Assembly (NCBI RefSeq): GCF_964194025.1
Contig: NC_134472.1
Coordinates: 19,654,001-19,718,000, forward strand
Source: Convolutriloba macropyga
Taxonomy: Eukaryota
Direction of reading: 5' to 3'
DNA length: 64,000 nucleotides
Positions 63,251 through 64,000 of the stretch are shown in pieces. Made by a program: the position numbers and the translations under genes. The notes under the pieces were generated by a model that was not told the DNA's origin, ran no database searches, and worked only from the letters and a program-made list of their open reading frames with translations. How positions within the stretch are numbered: position 1 is the stretch's first letter; every line of letters begins with the position of its first letter.

Positions 63251-63467
63251 TAATTATTTTTGTAATTAAGTCTATGACTATGACTAATTCTAAGTCTACG
63301 ACTATGACTATCAGGAACCGCTTCGCAGATGACTAAGTCTAAGTCTATCAGTAACTGCTTCGCAGATGACTATGTCTAAGGTTATATCGATGACTATGAC
63401 TATCAGGAACTGCTTCGCTAATGACGAACTCTAAGTCTATCAGGAACTGCTTTGCAGATGACTAAGT

Positions 63468-64000
63468 CTAATTCAGATGCAAAGAAAAACTTAATATATC
63501 TCCATTGAAATCAATTGGTCTTCCATGCTCATCTTTAATATAAAATTCAACATATTCTATACTATCCTTTGTTACATTTTGATATAAGATATTAGTTTGT
63601 ATAATATTTATCAAGTATACTAGTGGTTCTCTTAGAGTAAAAGTATATAGTATGTCTGTGTTATTGCCATTATCTTTAACACAAGATATAACATTACAAT
63701 GAAAGTTAATAGTACTAAAACCCATAATATCAATAATCTTTTCAGATGCATATTTACCTTGTTCATATACTTTTTTTTCTAAATCCTAGTAATGAGGCTA
63801 ATGAGTTTTCTACATCAAAGCTAAGTCAGCCCTGTTTTTTTCCATTAAACATTTCATTGTACTTTAATCGGGTTCTATTATAACATCACCATTAGTTTCT
63901 TCTTTATTAATTCTGCAATTTCAATTAGTTCATATGCACCTGGTATAACAGCTAAAATGTTGTCATTATACGAAAATTGATTGTTCCCTCTATTCATATT
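63468..64000 (-). pseudogene. Polinton/adintovirus minor capsid (penton)-like gene, 5' part outside the window or disrupted
   Basis: C-terminal pattern I..HCN.I......G....ILY.F....P..Y.I...P...Y......I..I...I.D..GR.IDFNG.....L.L; upstream LA.LLGF and PGAYEL motifs. Confidence 0.65.

Larger units (their letters stand above)
58380..64000. mobile_element. Decayed Polinton/Maverick (adintovirus-like) endogenous element, continues past the window end
   Basis: Abrupt AT-rich block with adenain-like protease, two A32-like ATPases, penton-like gene, Zn-finger remnants and low-complexity spacers. No pPolB, integrase or major capsid gene in the window. Confidence 0.8.

Overview
Repeat-rich invertebrate animal genomic DNA with three assembly gaps and one recognisable host gene, SF3A2 (minus strand, 4 exons visible; its 6-kb intron 2 is mostly a ~2.35-kb tandem duplication). 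The rest is largely mobile DNA. (1) A full-length ~9.9-kb Ty3/Gypsy LTR retroelement (8849-18758, ~98% identical LTRs, CTGA target-site duplication) sits inside a CRE-type non-LTR element. After gag-pol it carries an env-like ORF resembling class III (chuvirus G / herpes gB-like) fusion glycoproteins and an intact fourth ORF with a coiled coil and a DnaJ J-domain (HPDKGG); this is the most unusual system here. (2) An RTE-clade LINE has a 5' HDV-like ribozyme fold and an in-frame ~180-aa insertion (KOW-like motif plus two C2HC zinc fingers) inside its RT. (3) A ~357-bp satellite array has higher-order structure and a 25-bp hairpin plus T-run in nearly every unit. (4) There are decayed CRE, CR1/L2-like, Penelope and Gypsy fragments and a MITE. 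(5) From ~58.3 kb to the window end lies a decayed Polinton/Maverick (adintovirus-like) element with an adenain-like protease, two divergent A32-like ATPases, a penton-like gene, a boundary hairpin and a dispersed GCTTCGC-core motif. All calls come from reading motifs by eye; no searches were run.
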